Part shown: positions 1-8,620 of the stretch, piece after piece | Layout of the letters: each line of letters starts with the position of its first letter | How positions within the stretch are numbered: position 1 is the stretch's first letter | Source of the DNA: a virus | Lineage: Duplodnaviria > Caudoviricetes | IMG/VR virus record: IMGVR_UViG_3300033551_000029 | Span: 1-29,592 of that record | DNA length: 29,592 bases | Direction: 5' to 3' (one strand) | Program-made: the position numbers and the translations under genes | The notes under the pieces: generated by a model | The model's input: only the letters and a program-made list of their open reading frames with translations | What the model was told of the DNA's origin: nothing | Database searches by the model: none

Positions 1-63
1 CCTCGGGAGTCGGCCCCGGCCCCCGAGCCGGAGCCGACTCCCGAGGAGCCCCCGACCGTCTAA
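1..63 (+). CDS. 3' end of an upstream gene (Pro/Glu-rich tail), partial
   Basis: Frame 1 reads PRESAPAPEPEPTPEEPPTV then TAA at 61-63; truncated by the window start. Confidence 0.45.
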   Translation, partial: PRESAPAPEPEPTPEEPPTV

Positions 64-94
64 GGCGGTCGCCGGCCAATCCCTCGGGAGAAAC

Positions 95-132
95 CGAGCC
101 CCCCGCGCTGAACGCGGGGGGCTCGTGCTATC
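95..132 (+). terminator. GC-rich hairpin, copy 1 of a repeated element
   Basis: CGAGCCCCCCGCG (95-107) pairs with CGCGGGGGGCTCG (113-125), followed by TGCTATC; near-identical copy at 407-442. Confidence 0.55.
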
Positions 133-136
133 TCGA

Positions 137-158
137 GTGCCACGCGGTGTGGTAAAAT
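137..158 (+). promoter_or_regulatory. 22-bp promoter/operator motif, copy 1
   Basis: GTGCCACGCGGTGTGGTAAAAT: CAC-N5-GTG dyad fused to an extended -10 (TGnTAnnnT); upstream of the 198 gene. Confidence 0.65.
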
Positions 159-197
159 GGGGGGGTTCCCGTTCCACGCTCTCTCAGGAGGATAGCA

Positions 198-395
198 ATG
201 AGCAAGCAGGGCCGCATCGTCGACGCGTTGATCGACGGCTTCGCCGAGGGTGCCAGCACTTCGGTCACGGTCATGGTGCACGTTCCCGATTTCCCCGAGC
301 CGATCCAGGTCGATGCGGACGGCCACGTGACCATCCCGGATGCGATGGTCGAACTCGCACCGAGCATCCGGCTGGATCTGCAGGCCATCGGCTGA
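198..395 (+). CDS. small hypothetical protein (65 aa)
   Basis: AGGAGG RBS at 187-192, strongly GC3-biased codons, own promoter motif, flanked by repeated hairpins. Confidence 0.75.
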   Translation: MSKQGRIVDALIDGFAEGASTSVTVMVHVPDFPEPIQVDADGHVTIPDAMVELAPSIRLDLQAIG

Positions 396-406
396 GCCGG
401 ACCCCA

Positions 407-444
407 CGAGCCCCCCGTTCGCAGCGGGGGGCTCGTGCTATCCT
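407..444 (+). terminator. GC-rich hairpin copy 2, followed by an extended -10 (TGCTATCCT)
   Basis: ACGAGCCCCCCG-ttcgcag-CGGGGGGCTCGT just after the 395 stop; TGCTATCCT at 436-444 lies upstream of the putative terS. Confidence 0.55.
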
Positions 445-479
445 GGTGGCACCCCACCGAGACGGTAGGAGACGCCGCG

Positions 480-1031
480 ATGGCAGACGAAGATCCCCCG
501 GCGAACCTGCCGGCCCGCCGCAGTGGTGCCCGGCACCGGTCCGGCAACGAGAACGGCAAGAGGGTCACCGCCAACGCCCAGGACCTGGCCAACAAACGCA
601 TTAGGGCGTTGGAGTTGCGGATTCAGGGTTGGACCTACAACCGGATCGCCCAAGAGCTCGGAGTCAGCTACCAGGTCGCGTACAAATACGTCACGGCGCC
701 ACTGAAGGTCCGCGAGGCCGAACTGATCCCGACCATGCGGGAGATCGAAGCCGCCCGGCTGGATGCAGTGCTTGAAGAGGCGTTCGGGACCATGGAGAAG
801 AAGAAGGGTACCGAGCTCGCGCTGAAAGCCGCAGACCGGGTGATCCGGGCGGTTAGCACGCGGGCGGCGCTGTTCGGGCTGAACGCGCCAGTGGCAGTGA
901 GCCTGACCGAGGCCACCCCGATCGCAGATGAGATCGCGCAGTTGATCAAGGCCGCTGAGGCGGCGAACCAGCGGACCCGGCAACAGATCATCGAGGGTGA
1001 GGTTGTAGAGGATGGCGACCGAGCAGCCTAG
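480..1031 (+). CDS. putative terminase small subunit / HTH DNA-binding protein (183 aa)
   Basis: AGGAG RBS at 467-471, ATG at 480; HTH ALELRIQGWTYNRIAQELGVSYQVAYKYV followed by a helical region ending RAALFGLNAP; first gene of the packaging module. Confidence 0.7.
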   Translation: MADEDPPANLPARRSGARHRSGNENGKRVTANAQDLANKRIRALELRIQGWTYNRIAQELGVSYQVAYKYVTAPLKVREAELIPTMREIEAARLDAVLEEAFGTMEKKKGTELALKAADRVIRAVSTRAALFGLNAPVAVSLTEATPIADEIAQLIKAAEAANQRTRQQIIEGEVVEDGDRAA

Positions 1032-2619
1032 GTGGCCTCGCGGGACCCCTGTCGGCCCGTCTGGGCGCGGGCCGGGCGGTGGTAGGTTTCGTAGCGGACG
1101 CGACGCGCTGGCCGTCCCCCATGCCCCGCTCGAAGGTGTCACGACTGGCATCTTTGATCGTGGGTTCGCCGACCTGGACGAGGCTACGCAGGCGTTCATC
1201 GACTACCGTGGCGGGGGGTTTGCGCTGATCTCCGCTGCGGCGGCGGGCACATTGACTCATCCGGACTGGGCCGCTGAGCCGGAAACCAACATCCGAGCCA
1301 GGCAGCGGGCCGCAGCGATCGACCGGGTGATGCAACAGTCGCGCCTGCCGCATGGCATCGAGGTCTATCGGGGCAGTCGGGCTGAATACCTGTTTGGGCC
1401 GGTTGCGGACTGGCCGGACGACATGACCGGCAGGGAATGGGCTGGTCTGGGGTACATGTCGACTTCGGCCAACTCGGGGGTCGGCGAGCAGGTGGGAGCT
1501 CTACGTCCTACCCTCTTCGAGGGCGGCAGGTCGGCGATGGACTTTGTCGACCGGGCAACACAATTGGGGCAGACAGGCGGCCTGGTGCACATGACGATCC
1601 GGGTGCCGGCGGGTACCCCGGCGGTGCGACTGTCAGAGTGGGAACACGAGGCGGAGGTTCTGCTTGACAAGGGGCTGCGCTTCCGGGTGACGGCCGACAA
1701 CGGATGGGAAACAGTCGAGTTGCGCGACGGGCCGGAACCGGTCCGGATGCTGGAGGTGGAGGTCATACCAGCTGACTGGGCTGGCCAAGCCTCGACTCGG
1801 CTGTCCGGGCGCACGGCCCGCCACGATGTTGCCCAGATGTCTGATGCCGAACTGGATCAGCGCGCACTCGAGGCCGTTCGCGTGGCGCGTGCTGCCCCCA
1901 GCACCCGCGACATCTACCGGTCCGGTGGGCCGATGACCGACTGGGACCCCGAGCGGACGGCATTGCACGAGAAGATCCTGCAGCGGGCGATGGCCCAGGC
2001 GCGCGGCGTGCCCCGGCAACGCCGCGCGATCATGGCCGGCGGGCTGCCCGGCGCCGGCAAGACCTCCGCGCTGGGCAATCTGGACGGGTACCTGCAGGTC
2101 AACCCGGACGCGATGAAAGATGAGCTGATCGCGGAGGGTGCAATCCCCGCCATCCCCGGCGCCGAACACCTGTCCCCAATGGAACTGAACCCGAGCTTCC
2201 ACGTCGAGTCGACCTACCTGGCGGATCGGCTGCTGGAGATGGCGATGGCCAAGGGGTACAACGTGGTAATCGATGCCACGATGGGAGCACCGGACGCCCC
2301 GCTGGCCCGCTTGGCTCTGCTGCGGGAAGCCGGCTACGCCACCCGGGGGGTGTTCGTCGACGTCCCGGTCGAGGTCAGCATGGCCAGGGTCCAGTCCCGC
2401 TACCGCGAGGGTATGCGCCAGTGGGCGCGCGGCCAGGGCCACGGCGGACGACCGATTCCGGCGGATTTGATCGAGAGCCAACGGGGCGACAACTCGGCTG
2501 GCTGGACCCGCAACCGGGCGGTGTTCGAACACTTGGCTGCGCTCGGAGTGTTCTCCGGCTGGGATCTGTACGACAACTCCGGAGACGAACCACGGCTCGT
2601 TCGCACCACCGGCGTGTGA
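1012..2619 (+). CDS. tagged effector 1: VIP2-like ADP-ribosyltransferase fused to a zeta-toxin-like P-loop kinase (535 aa)
   Basis: N-terminal tag EQPRWPRGTPVGPSGRGPGGGRFR; ART R-S-E motifs EVYRGS / GYMSTSAN / HEAEVLLDKG; then GGLPGAGKTS Walker A, VNPDAMK, NVVIDATM, GVFVDVP and GRPIP typical of zeta toxins. Confidence 0.85.
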   Translation: MATEQPRWPRGTPVGPSGRGPGGGRFRSGRDALAVPHAPLEGVTTGIFDRGFADLDEATQAFIDYRGGGFALISAAAAGTLTHPDWAAEPETNIRARQRAAAIDRVMQQSRLPHGIEVYRGSRAEYLFGPVADWPDDMTGREWAGLGYMSTSANSGVGEQVGALRPTLFEGGRSAMDFVDRATQLGQTGGLVHMTIRVPAGTPAVRLSEWEHEAEVLLDKGLRFRVTADNGWETVELRDGPEPVRMLEVEVIPADWAGQASTRLSGRTARHDVAQMSDAELDQRALEAVRVARAAPSTRDIYRSGGPMTDWDPERTALHEKILQRAMAQARGVPRQRRAIMAGGLPGAGKTSALGNLDGYLQVNPDAMKDELIAEGAIPAIPGAEHLSPMELNPSFHVESTYLADRLLEMAMAKGYNVVIDATMGAPDAPLARLALLREAGYATRGVFVDVPVEVSMARVQSRYREGMRQWARGQGHGGRPIPADLIESQRGDNSAGWTRNRAVFEHLAALGVFSGWDLYDNSGDEPRLVRTTGV

Positions 2620-2637
2620 CACCCCGCGTGGTATAAT
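2616..2637 (+). promoter_or_regulatory. 22-bp promoter/operator motif, copy 2
   Basis: GTGACACCCCGCGTGGTATAAT with a perfect TATAAT; overlaps the stop of the ART-zeta gene. Confidence 0.7.
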
Positions 2638-2654
2638 GGTGTGGGAGGCACAAC

Positions 2655-2900
2655 ATGGCGACGGTGAGACAGACGGTGCAGGCACTGGCGGCAGGCAAGA
2701 TCAACCTTCGCCAGGCGGCGCAAACCCTGGCCGGCAGGGCCGACTGGGACCCGCCGATGCCGGAGCCGACCGAGGCCCAGCTGTACGGGCTGGAAGACAT
2801 CGCCCCCCCGGGTGACAACAGCCCCGACCAGATCAACATGGTGCCTGGCCTGGAGCCCGACGAGCGCGCTGCCCTGTGGGCGGCGGTCCGTCATGGCTGA
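2655..2900 (+). CDS. small untagged protein (81 aa), candidate antitoxin/immunity
   Basis: GGGAGG RBS and own promoter directly after the zeta-like domain; function inferred from position only. Confidence 0.7.
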   Translation: MATVRQTVQALAAGKINLRQAAQTLAGRADWDPPMPEPTEAQLYGLEDIAPPGDNSPDQINMVPGLEPDERAALWAAVRHG

Positions 2901-3621
2901 CCAACAGCGCTGGCCGAAAGGCACTCCCGTTGCTCCGTCTGGTCGGGGGCCGGGTGGCGGACGGTTTCGGCCGGTGCCGCCTGGACATGTCCGGCTGTAC
3001 CATGGACGTTTGCGCCCGCATTCTGGTGGGCGACTGCCCAGCAATCCGGTCGAGCTTGCTGCGGTTGTAGAAGCCGAATATGGTCTGCCACCTGGATCAG
3101 TCTACAGCCACGACCGATTTGCGGGCCAGCGTCATCGAGCGGACGACCCGCACTATTACGTTGCTCCCCGGGCAGATGCGATCGATTATGCCAAATACGG
3201 GGGGGAGGCTCTCGGGGATGCCCTACAGGCCGCCTTCTTCTTGTTGTACCCGGGCCGGGGGAGCGAGAAGACCTTAGATGGCAAGAGGTGGTTGTGGTCT
3301 GAGTGGGTGGAATCGCAGGTCTCCAAGTTTGGCGCGACAGAGCTAGAACAAGTCGATGTCCCCCATGAAGTGATCCGGGAGTACGACCAGTTCGGGTTCG
3401 ACCAAGGCTATACCGACGTTCAGCCGGGAACACCTGGGTCCTGGTTGGGGGTTTACCCGGAGCCAGACGACGAACAGGGATGGCTAGACCGAACTTCCAT
3501 TATGTCTTGGCCGGCGGGGATTGGCCTGACTCCTGCGCAGCGTAATCGAACGATTATTGAACGCGACATGGACTGGGCGCAGGAGATTAGTCGACGGTTG
3601 CCGGGGGGCGACCATGGCTGA
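2893..3621 (+). CDS. tagged effector 2: possible divergent His-type ADP-ribosyltransferase fold (242 aa)
   Basis: ATG 2893 overlaps the previous stop; tag DQQRWPKGTPVAPSGRGPGGGRFR; VRLYHG ... HYYVAPRADAIDYA pattern; ends DWAQEISRRLPG. Gene is secure, fold is tentative. Confidence 0.65.
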   Translation: MADQQRWPKGTPVAPSGRGPGGGRFRPVPPGHVRLYHGRLRPHSGGRLPSNPVELAAVVEAEYGLPPGSVYSHDRFAGQRHRADDPHYYVAPRADAIDYAKYGGEALGDALQAAFFLLYPGRGSEKTLDGKRWLWSEWVESQVSKFGATELEQVDVPHEVIREYDQFGFDQGYTDVQPGTPGSWLGVYPEPDDEQGWLDRTSIMSWPAGIGLTPAQRNRTIIERDMDWAQEISRRLPGGDHG

Positions 3622-4369
3622 CCAGCCGAGATGGCCCCGGGGAACACCCGTAGCACCTGGGGGCAGGGGTCCGGGGGGCGGTCGCTTCCGTGGAAGACCT
3701 TTCCGGGGGTCGATTAACCCGGTAGATGCTGGTGAGGCGCTAGAACTACGAGATGTGGTTGCTGGCAGTGGTCTCCGGCAAGAGTACACGATGCGGGCAC
3801 TGGCAGATTCAGCAGACATGGACGGCTGGGCCACGACCCGAGTGGCATTGAGCGAAGACGATGAAGTGGTTGGCGCGATCTCCACCAGTCCCTACAACCT
3901 GGGAGAGGATGCCCCACCGGTAACGTTGATCCACACTCTGGGTTCGCTCGCCCCCGGGGTGGGGACTGCGTTGGTGCGTGAAGCAATTGTCGAGGCCCAG
4001 CAAGCTGGGCACGGTGCAGTGTATGTCGAGCCCATTGCCGAATCAGAGGGTTTCTATAGGCGTCTCGGGTTTGTTGACGATCCCCTAGAGCTCGGCAGTC
4101 CTTTCTGGGGCATTCTGGCGGAGCATTTTGGTGACTGGCTGCGCCATATTGACTCGGACTGGGCCAACCAGGTCTCGGCGCGATTGCCCGGCAGTGACGA
4201 CGACTGGTGGGCACAACAGCAGGACGTGGGCGACTTCCAAGTGGGGGAGACGGGGGCGATCGCCGACGAGGAGGACATGTCGCGGTTGTGGGCCTCGCCG
4301 ACAGTGGAGGACGCCCTGCGGGCCTCCGCCGCAGGACATCCCACCACCGGGTGGTGGGACCCGCTGTGA
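3614..4369 (+). CDS. tagged effector 3: GNAT acetyltransferase (251 aa)
   Basis: Tag DQPRWPRGTPVAPGGRGPGGGRFR; acetyl-CoA loop PGVGTALVREAI and motif B SEGFYRRLGF; followed by DWANQVSARLPG. Confidence 0.8.
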   Translation: MADQPRWPRGTPVAPGGRGPGGGRFRGRPFRGSINPVDAGEALELRDVVAGSGLRQEYTMRALADSADMDGWATTRVALSEDDEVVGAISTSPYNLGEDAPPVTLIHTLGSLAPGVGTALVREAIVEAQQAGHGAVYVEPIAESEGFYRRLGFVDDPLELGSPFWGILAEHFGDWLRHIDSDWANQVSARLPGSDDDWWAQQQDVGDFQVGETGAIADEEDMSRLWASPTVEDALRASAAGHPTTGWWDPL

Positions 4370-5952
4370 CAGCGGTGCTCGAGCCCGTCTTCCAGGTCGA
4401 GAAGATCACCGACCCGTACGACCCTCGGGTTAACTCGGAGAACTTCGACCTGCCCGGCTATCTGGCCCAGTTCGATCCCCGGCTGCTGAACCACCCGAAA
4501 GGCCGCCGCACCCTCACCAAGTATGACCCGCTGCTGTTCGCGATCGTATATCTGCGCAACCACATCATGACCGATGGGGTCGTGTCGTTCGCCGACCCGC
4601 ACTTCGAGTGGGCAGCCCAGGCCCGGCAGTGGGTCCGGCCGAACGAGTTGAAGCAGGGCCGGCACGCCTACGTCGCCCCCCGCGACACTGGCAAGAGCAC
4701 CTGGTGGTTCTTGATCCTGCCGATGTGGGCCGCCGCGCACGGGCACAAGAAGTTTGTCGCAGCGTTCGCCCACTCCGGCGGGCAGTCCGAGACCCACCTG
4801 CACGCGTTCCGGTCCGAGCTCGGGGAGAACCACCTGCTGCGGGGAGACTTCCAGACCCTGTGCACCCCGGCGCGCAAGCCCAACGGCAAGACCACCGCCG
4901 ACAACATTCAGATGCTGCGGTGCGCCTCCGGATTCGCCTTCGCCGCGAGGGGTGTCGATGCCGCGAACCTGGGCTTGAAGGAGAAAGACACCCGGCCGGA
5001 CCTGATCCTGCTGGACGATGTTGAGCCTGACGAAGCTTCGTACAGCCAGTACCAGATGGAGAAGCGACGCGGGACCATCATCGAGGCGATCTTGCCGATG
5101 AACCTGCGCGCCCATGTCGCGATCGTCGGCACCGTTACCATGCCCGGCTCGATCGTGCACCAACTGGTCGCGAAAGCCCGGGGCGATGACGAGATCGAGA
5201 AGTGGATCGACGAGGAGAATTTCCAGCCCCATCATCACATGCCGATCCTGCTGCGCGACGACGGCACCGAACGCAGCATCTGGCCGTTCAAATGGCCGGT
5301 GCAGTTCCTGCGCAGCATCCAGCGGACCCGGTCCTACGCCAAGAACTTCTTGAACGACCCGGTCGGCAACGAGGGCGGGTACTGGACCCTGGAGGACTTC
5401 ACCTACCTGCAGCTGCCGAACGTCACCCGTCAGATGATCTCGGTCGACCCGACGATCACCACCAAGACCCAGTCCGACCCTGCCGGCATATCGGTCATCT
5501 CCTATGCTCCGGCGTACAAGGTCGAGCAGCACGGGCAGTTGCCGGTGAAGATGCCCAGCCGCTGCCAGGTGGATTTCGCGGCGGAGGTGCGCCTGGTCGG
5601 CGAGCCGTTGCGGCAGTACCTGCTGAAGCTGTGCCGGCAGTACCCCCGGGTGTCGCTGATCGTGGTCGAAGCGAACCAGGGCGGGGAGAACTGGCACTCA
5701 ATCCTGCATGACATGCCGGTGCGGGTGGTGATCGTGTATTCGACCGCACCCAAAGAGGTGCGGGCGGCCAACCTGCTCGAGCTGTACCAGCACAATCCGC
5801 CCCGGGTGGTGCACGCTCAACGGCACACCCTGCTCGAGCAACAGATGGCGTCGTTCCCGCGCGGCAAGGACGACCTGGTCGACTCGGTCGGGGCGATCTG
5901 CCTGCGCGTGCTGGCCAACCGGGTCAAAGAGGGCGTGATGTTCCCGAAGTAG
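4366..5952 (+). CDS. terL: terminase large subunit (528 aa)
   Basis: GTG start overlapping the prior TGA (GTGA); Walker A APRDTGKST, Walker B LILLDDVE, nuclease motifs ISVDPT, VEANQGG and DDLVDS. Confidence 0.92.
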   Translation: MTAVLEPVFQVEKITDPYDPRVNSENFDLPGYLAQFDPRLLNHPKGRRTLTKYDPLLFAIVYLRNHIMTDGVVSFADPHFEWAAQARQWVRPNELKQGRHAYVAPRDTGKSTWWFLILPMWAAAHGHKKFVAAFAHSGGQSETHLHAFRSELGENHLLRGDFQTLCTPARKPNGKTTADNIQMLRCASGFAFAARGVDAANLGLKEKDTRPDLILLDDVEPDEASYSQYQMEKRRGTIIEAILPMNLRAHVAIVGTVTMPGSIVHQLVAKARGDDEIEKWIDEENFQPHHHMPILLRDDGTERSIWPFKWPVQFLRSIQRTRSYAKNFLNDPVGNEGGYWTLEDFTYLQLPNVTRQMISVDPTITTKTQSDPAGISVISYAPAYKVEQHGQLPVKMPSRCQVDFAAEVRLVGEPLRQYLLKLCRQYPRVSLIVVEANQGGENWHSILHDMPVRVVIVYSTAPKEVRAANLLELYQHNPPRVVHAQRHTLLEQQMASFPRGKDDLVDSVGAICLRVLANRVKEGVMFPK

Positions 5953-5987
5953 TTCGACTTCGATGCAGTTGCATGCGTTGTGCCATC

Positions 5988-5997
5988 GTGGTAGGAT
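5988..5997 (+). promoter_or_regulatory. extended -10 (GTGGTAGGAT), probably driving a leaderless transcript
   Basis: TAGGAT is followed by 6 nt and then ATG 6004; no SD sequence. Confidence 0.5.
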
Positions 5998-6003
5998 GGC
6001 GGC

Positions 6004-7152
6004 ATGGCATACGACATCTGGCAACCCATGCACAGACGCGAATCTCGACTATCGCGGGTGGGTGACTGGTTCAAGCGCAACCTCGTCGGCGTGCTCGTGG
6101 GCGTCGTGATCTCCCTGCTGATGACCGGCGGTCTGGTCCGGGCGGCGAACACCCCGCCGAACACCAACGGGCAGCAGGTTTTCTGTCCGAGCGGCGCAGA
6201 CCTGGTCGTGCACGGCGACGGGACCTGGTCCTGCGGACCGACTCCGACCCCCAGCCCGAGTGCGAGCGCCAGCCCGACACCTTCTACATCGCCGTCCGTG
6301 TCACCGAGCGCCAGCCCGAGCGCCAGCCCATCCACCTCGCCGCCCGCGCCGACGCCCAGTGCCAGCCCGACTCCCAGCCCCAGTGGGCCGCCGTCGACTC
6401 GTCTGGCGAAGTGCCTGCCCCGTCTGGCCGAGTGCGGCTACCCCCACCCGGGCAACACCGGAGTGCCGGCGGGCGTGACCCTCACCGCTTACACCGGGCC
6501 GTCGACGATCACCACGCCCAACACGGTCATCGACGGCAAGACCATGGGCTGCATCAAGGTCCGCGCAGCGGGTGTCGTCATCCAGAACAGCCGCATCACT
6601 GGGCCGTGCTCCTATGCGGTGGACGTGGACAGCGGCGGCACGGTCACCGTGCGCAACAGCGTCGTCGACTGCGTCAACCACAAGGGGACGGGATTCGTCT
6701 GGCGCAACTACACGGTGCGCTCGACGCAGATCTTGAACTGTGAGAACGGGTTCCACACCAGCGGGAATGTTGATGTCCAGGACTCCTACATCTCCGGCGT
6801 GGTCGAAGTTGATGATGGTCACGGCGACGGCGTCCAAGGCTCCAGCGGGTCGAACTACCGGTTCGCGCACAACACCTTCGACCTGCGCAACCCGATCACC
6901 TCCTCGATCATCTGGGACGACCAGACGATGCACAACGTTCTGATCGAAGACAACTTCTTCATGGCCGGCGCCTACACGATTTACTGCCCGTCCGCTGGAT
7001 CGAACGTCGTCTACCGCAACAACCGGTTCTATGGGCCGGTGGGCAACTGGCCGTCTGACCCGGCCCGTCCCGCGTTCGGGTTCTGGACCAATTGCGGGTC
7101 GTGGATCGTTCGCACCGGCAACTACCGCGACGACACGCTGGGGGCGATCTAG
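6004..7152 (+). CDS. membrane-anchored or secreted protein with Pro/Ser/Thr linker and right-handed beta-helix (pectin-lyase-like) domain (382 aa)
   Basis: Hydrophobic segment LVGVLVGVVISLLMTGGLV; PTPTPSPSASASPTPSTSPS linker; GYPHPGNTGVPAG then VVIQNSRI / VTVRNSVV / VDVQDSYI / HGDGVQ / VLIEDNFF / VVYRNNRF beta-helix rungs. Confidence 0.8.
   Translation: MAYDIWQPMHRRESRLSRVGDWFKRNLVGVLVGVVISLLMTGGLVRAANTPPNTNGQQVFCPSGADLVVHGDGTWSCGPTPTPSPSASASPTPSTSPSVSPSASPSASPSTSPPAPTPSASPTPSPSGPPSTRLAKCLPRLAECGYPHPGNTGVPAGVTLTAYTGPSTITTPNTVIDGKTMGCIKVRAAGVVIQNSRITGPCSYAVDVDSGGTVTVRNSVVDCVNHKGTGFVWRNYTVRSTQILNCENGFHTSGNVDVQDSYISGVVEVDDGHGDGVQGSSGSNYRFAHNTFDLRNPITSSIIWDDQTMHNVLIEDNFFMAGAYTIYCPSAGSNVVYRNNRFYGPVGNWPSDPARPAFGFWTNCGSWIVRTGNYRDDTLGAI
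6238..6393 (+). repeat. low-complexity coding repeat (SPSA/TP linker)
   Basis: Recurrent (C)CCGAGCGCCAG-type units encoding PSAS/SPTP. Confidence 0.7.
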
Positions 7153-7271
7153 GCTATGCAGACACCGAGTATCGGGCGGACCCTATCATGCTGAGATTGG
7201 CAACGTCGCCTGGTGGCCGCCGCGCGTTTGACGGTCTGATCGACCAATGAAGTAATCACATAGAGTAAGGC

Positions 7272-7338
7272 CAGGTCGCCCCGCGCTTCCCCAGCTGGTG
7301 TCAGGGAGCCCGGGGCGCACCTGCATCCCCGGTATAAT
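7272..7338 (+). promoter_or_regulatory. hairpin (7272-7323) followed by a TATAAT -10 box (7333-7338); leaderless start at 7346
   Basis: CAGGT-CGCCCCG ... CGGGGCG-C-ACCTG stem; TATAAT, 7 nt, then ATG. Confidence 0.55.
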
Positions 7339-7345
7339 GGGTGAC

Positions 7346-8620
7346 ATGACGGACGACCAGCCCAGGTGGCCGAAAGGTACGCCGGTGGCCCCAGGCGGCA
7401 AGGGGCCAGGCGGTGGGCGGTTCCGTGGTAAGGCGGGCGACCTCGAAGCCGCGATGGCCGGTTGGGGTGGTGGCGGACCCTGGATGGCAGTCACTCTCGG
7501 TCTGGATGTGCCTGCTAGCGGGCCACTGCCGCCGCAGCGGCCCCCGTTCACTGCCGTTTTTGATCGAGCCCGGCGCGATCCCACCTCCGGCCGCATCGAG
7601 CTAGTGCGCGACTACGGCACTGGTGTCGAGACTTCGCTTTCCCCCGGCATGAACGTCGAGGTGACTCCCCTCGGAGGGTGGATCGGCCAGGTGGTCGACC
7701 GCATGGACCGGCGTCGAGGTGTGGCCAGAACCAGTCGAGTCGATTCCACCATGGCTGAGCCAGCCATGCCGGATGCTCAACCTGGCACGGCCTATGACGT
7801 GGCCGAACTGCTCGAGCAGGGGCATCGGGTGCAGGTTTATCACCCCTACGGCCAGCTGGATGACAGGTGGTCCGAGGTCCAAGCCGCAGAGGTGGTCGGG
7901 GAAGATCACGTGGGCCTGCGGATGCGGCTGGGCCAGGGGAGCGACATATTTACGCATGGCCCGGAGGTGCTGCAGTATCGCATCGTGGGCCGTCGAGAGA
8001 CCCCGAACCCGCCCGTCCTGCGCGCCGACCGGGTGATTGGGTATCCCGAGGAACTGCCGGCCGACCCGACCGAGCGCCAGCGCGAAGAAATCATGCAGAA
8101 CCTGGGTGGCCCTCCGATCTACCCGCAGCGGCAGATGCGTCGGGTGTTTGAGCAGTTCGGGATCGAGGTCAGCGAAGACGACCTTGCCTGGCTGATTGAC
8201 AAGGTCAAGCCGTCGTTCGCCATGCCCTGGTCCGAGTTGGGCAACGCCGTGGTTGAGTACCTGGCCCAACGCGGCAACATTAACGACCTGGTCCGAGTCC
8301 AGAAAATGAACTGGGCCGATTCGATCCGCCCCCCCGAGTTGCACGCCGCCATGCGAGCCCCCTTGACTAACGTCGCCCTGGACGACGGGCCGATGCGGTT
8401 CGAGGCGGCTTTCGAGCAGTACCTGAAAGAGCGCTACGGGTACGAAAGCGAAGAGCTCGACCGGATCTTGAACAGCGAGGCTTTCCATGAGTCTGTTGCG
8501 CCAGACTGGGATCGTTGGGTCGCGGACCGGCCGGGGACCGAACAGATCCTAATGTTCGACCGATTGTTCCAGAACATTACAGACCGCATGCTTTACTACG
8601 GCGAGGGTGTCGATGACTAG
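7346..8620 (+). CDS. tagged protein 4: unknown domains (424 aa)
   Basis: MTDDQPRWPKGTPVAPGGKGPGGGRFR; helix GWIGQVVDRM; small beta-rich unit and helical C-terminal region; lies between terL and portal. Confidence 0.75.
   Translation: MTDDQPRWPKGTPVAPGGKGPGGGRFRGKAGDLEAAMAGWGGGGPWMAVTLGLDVPASGPLPPQRPPFTAVFDRARRDPTSGRIELVRDYGTGVETSLSPGMNVEVTPLGGWIGQVVDRMDRRRGVARTSRVDSTMAEPAMPDAQPGTAYDVAELLEQGHRVQVYHPYGQLDDRWSEVQAAEVVGEDHVGLRMRLGQGSDIFTHGPEVLQYRIVGRRETPNPPVLRADRVIGYPEELPADPTERQREEIMQNLGGPPIYPQRQMRRVFEQFGIEVSEDDLAWLIDKVKPSFAMPWSELGNAVVEYLAQRGNINDLVRVQKMNWADSIRPPELHAAMRAPLTNVALDDGPMRFEAAFEQYLKERYGYESEELDRILNSEAFHESVAPDWDRWVADRPGTEQILMFDRLFQNITDRMLYYGEGVDD

Noticed and set aside
4207-4365. Upstream extensions in the ORF track (terL from 4207, MCP from 23526, major tail from 28005, 2812, 3557, 7298, 17132)
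   Set aside because: They overlap upstream genes or regulatory DNA; downstream starts have an RBS, stop-start overlaps or place the tag at the N-terminus.
4054-5697. Long minus-strand ORFs (e.g. 547 aa here, also 1633-2685, 8577-9629 and 23565-24482)
   Set aside because: Shadow ORFs antisense to well-supported high-GC3 genes; no recognisable motifs.
7153-7271. tRNA or ncRNA in the intergenic gap
   Set aside because: No cloverleaf, T-loop or other recognisable RNA family signature.
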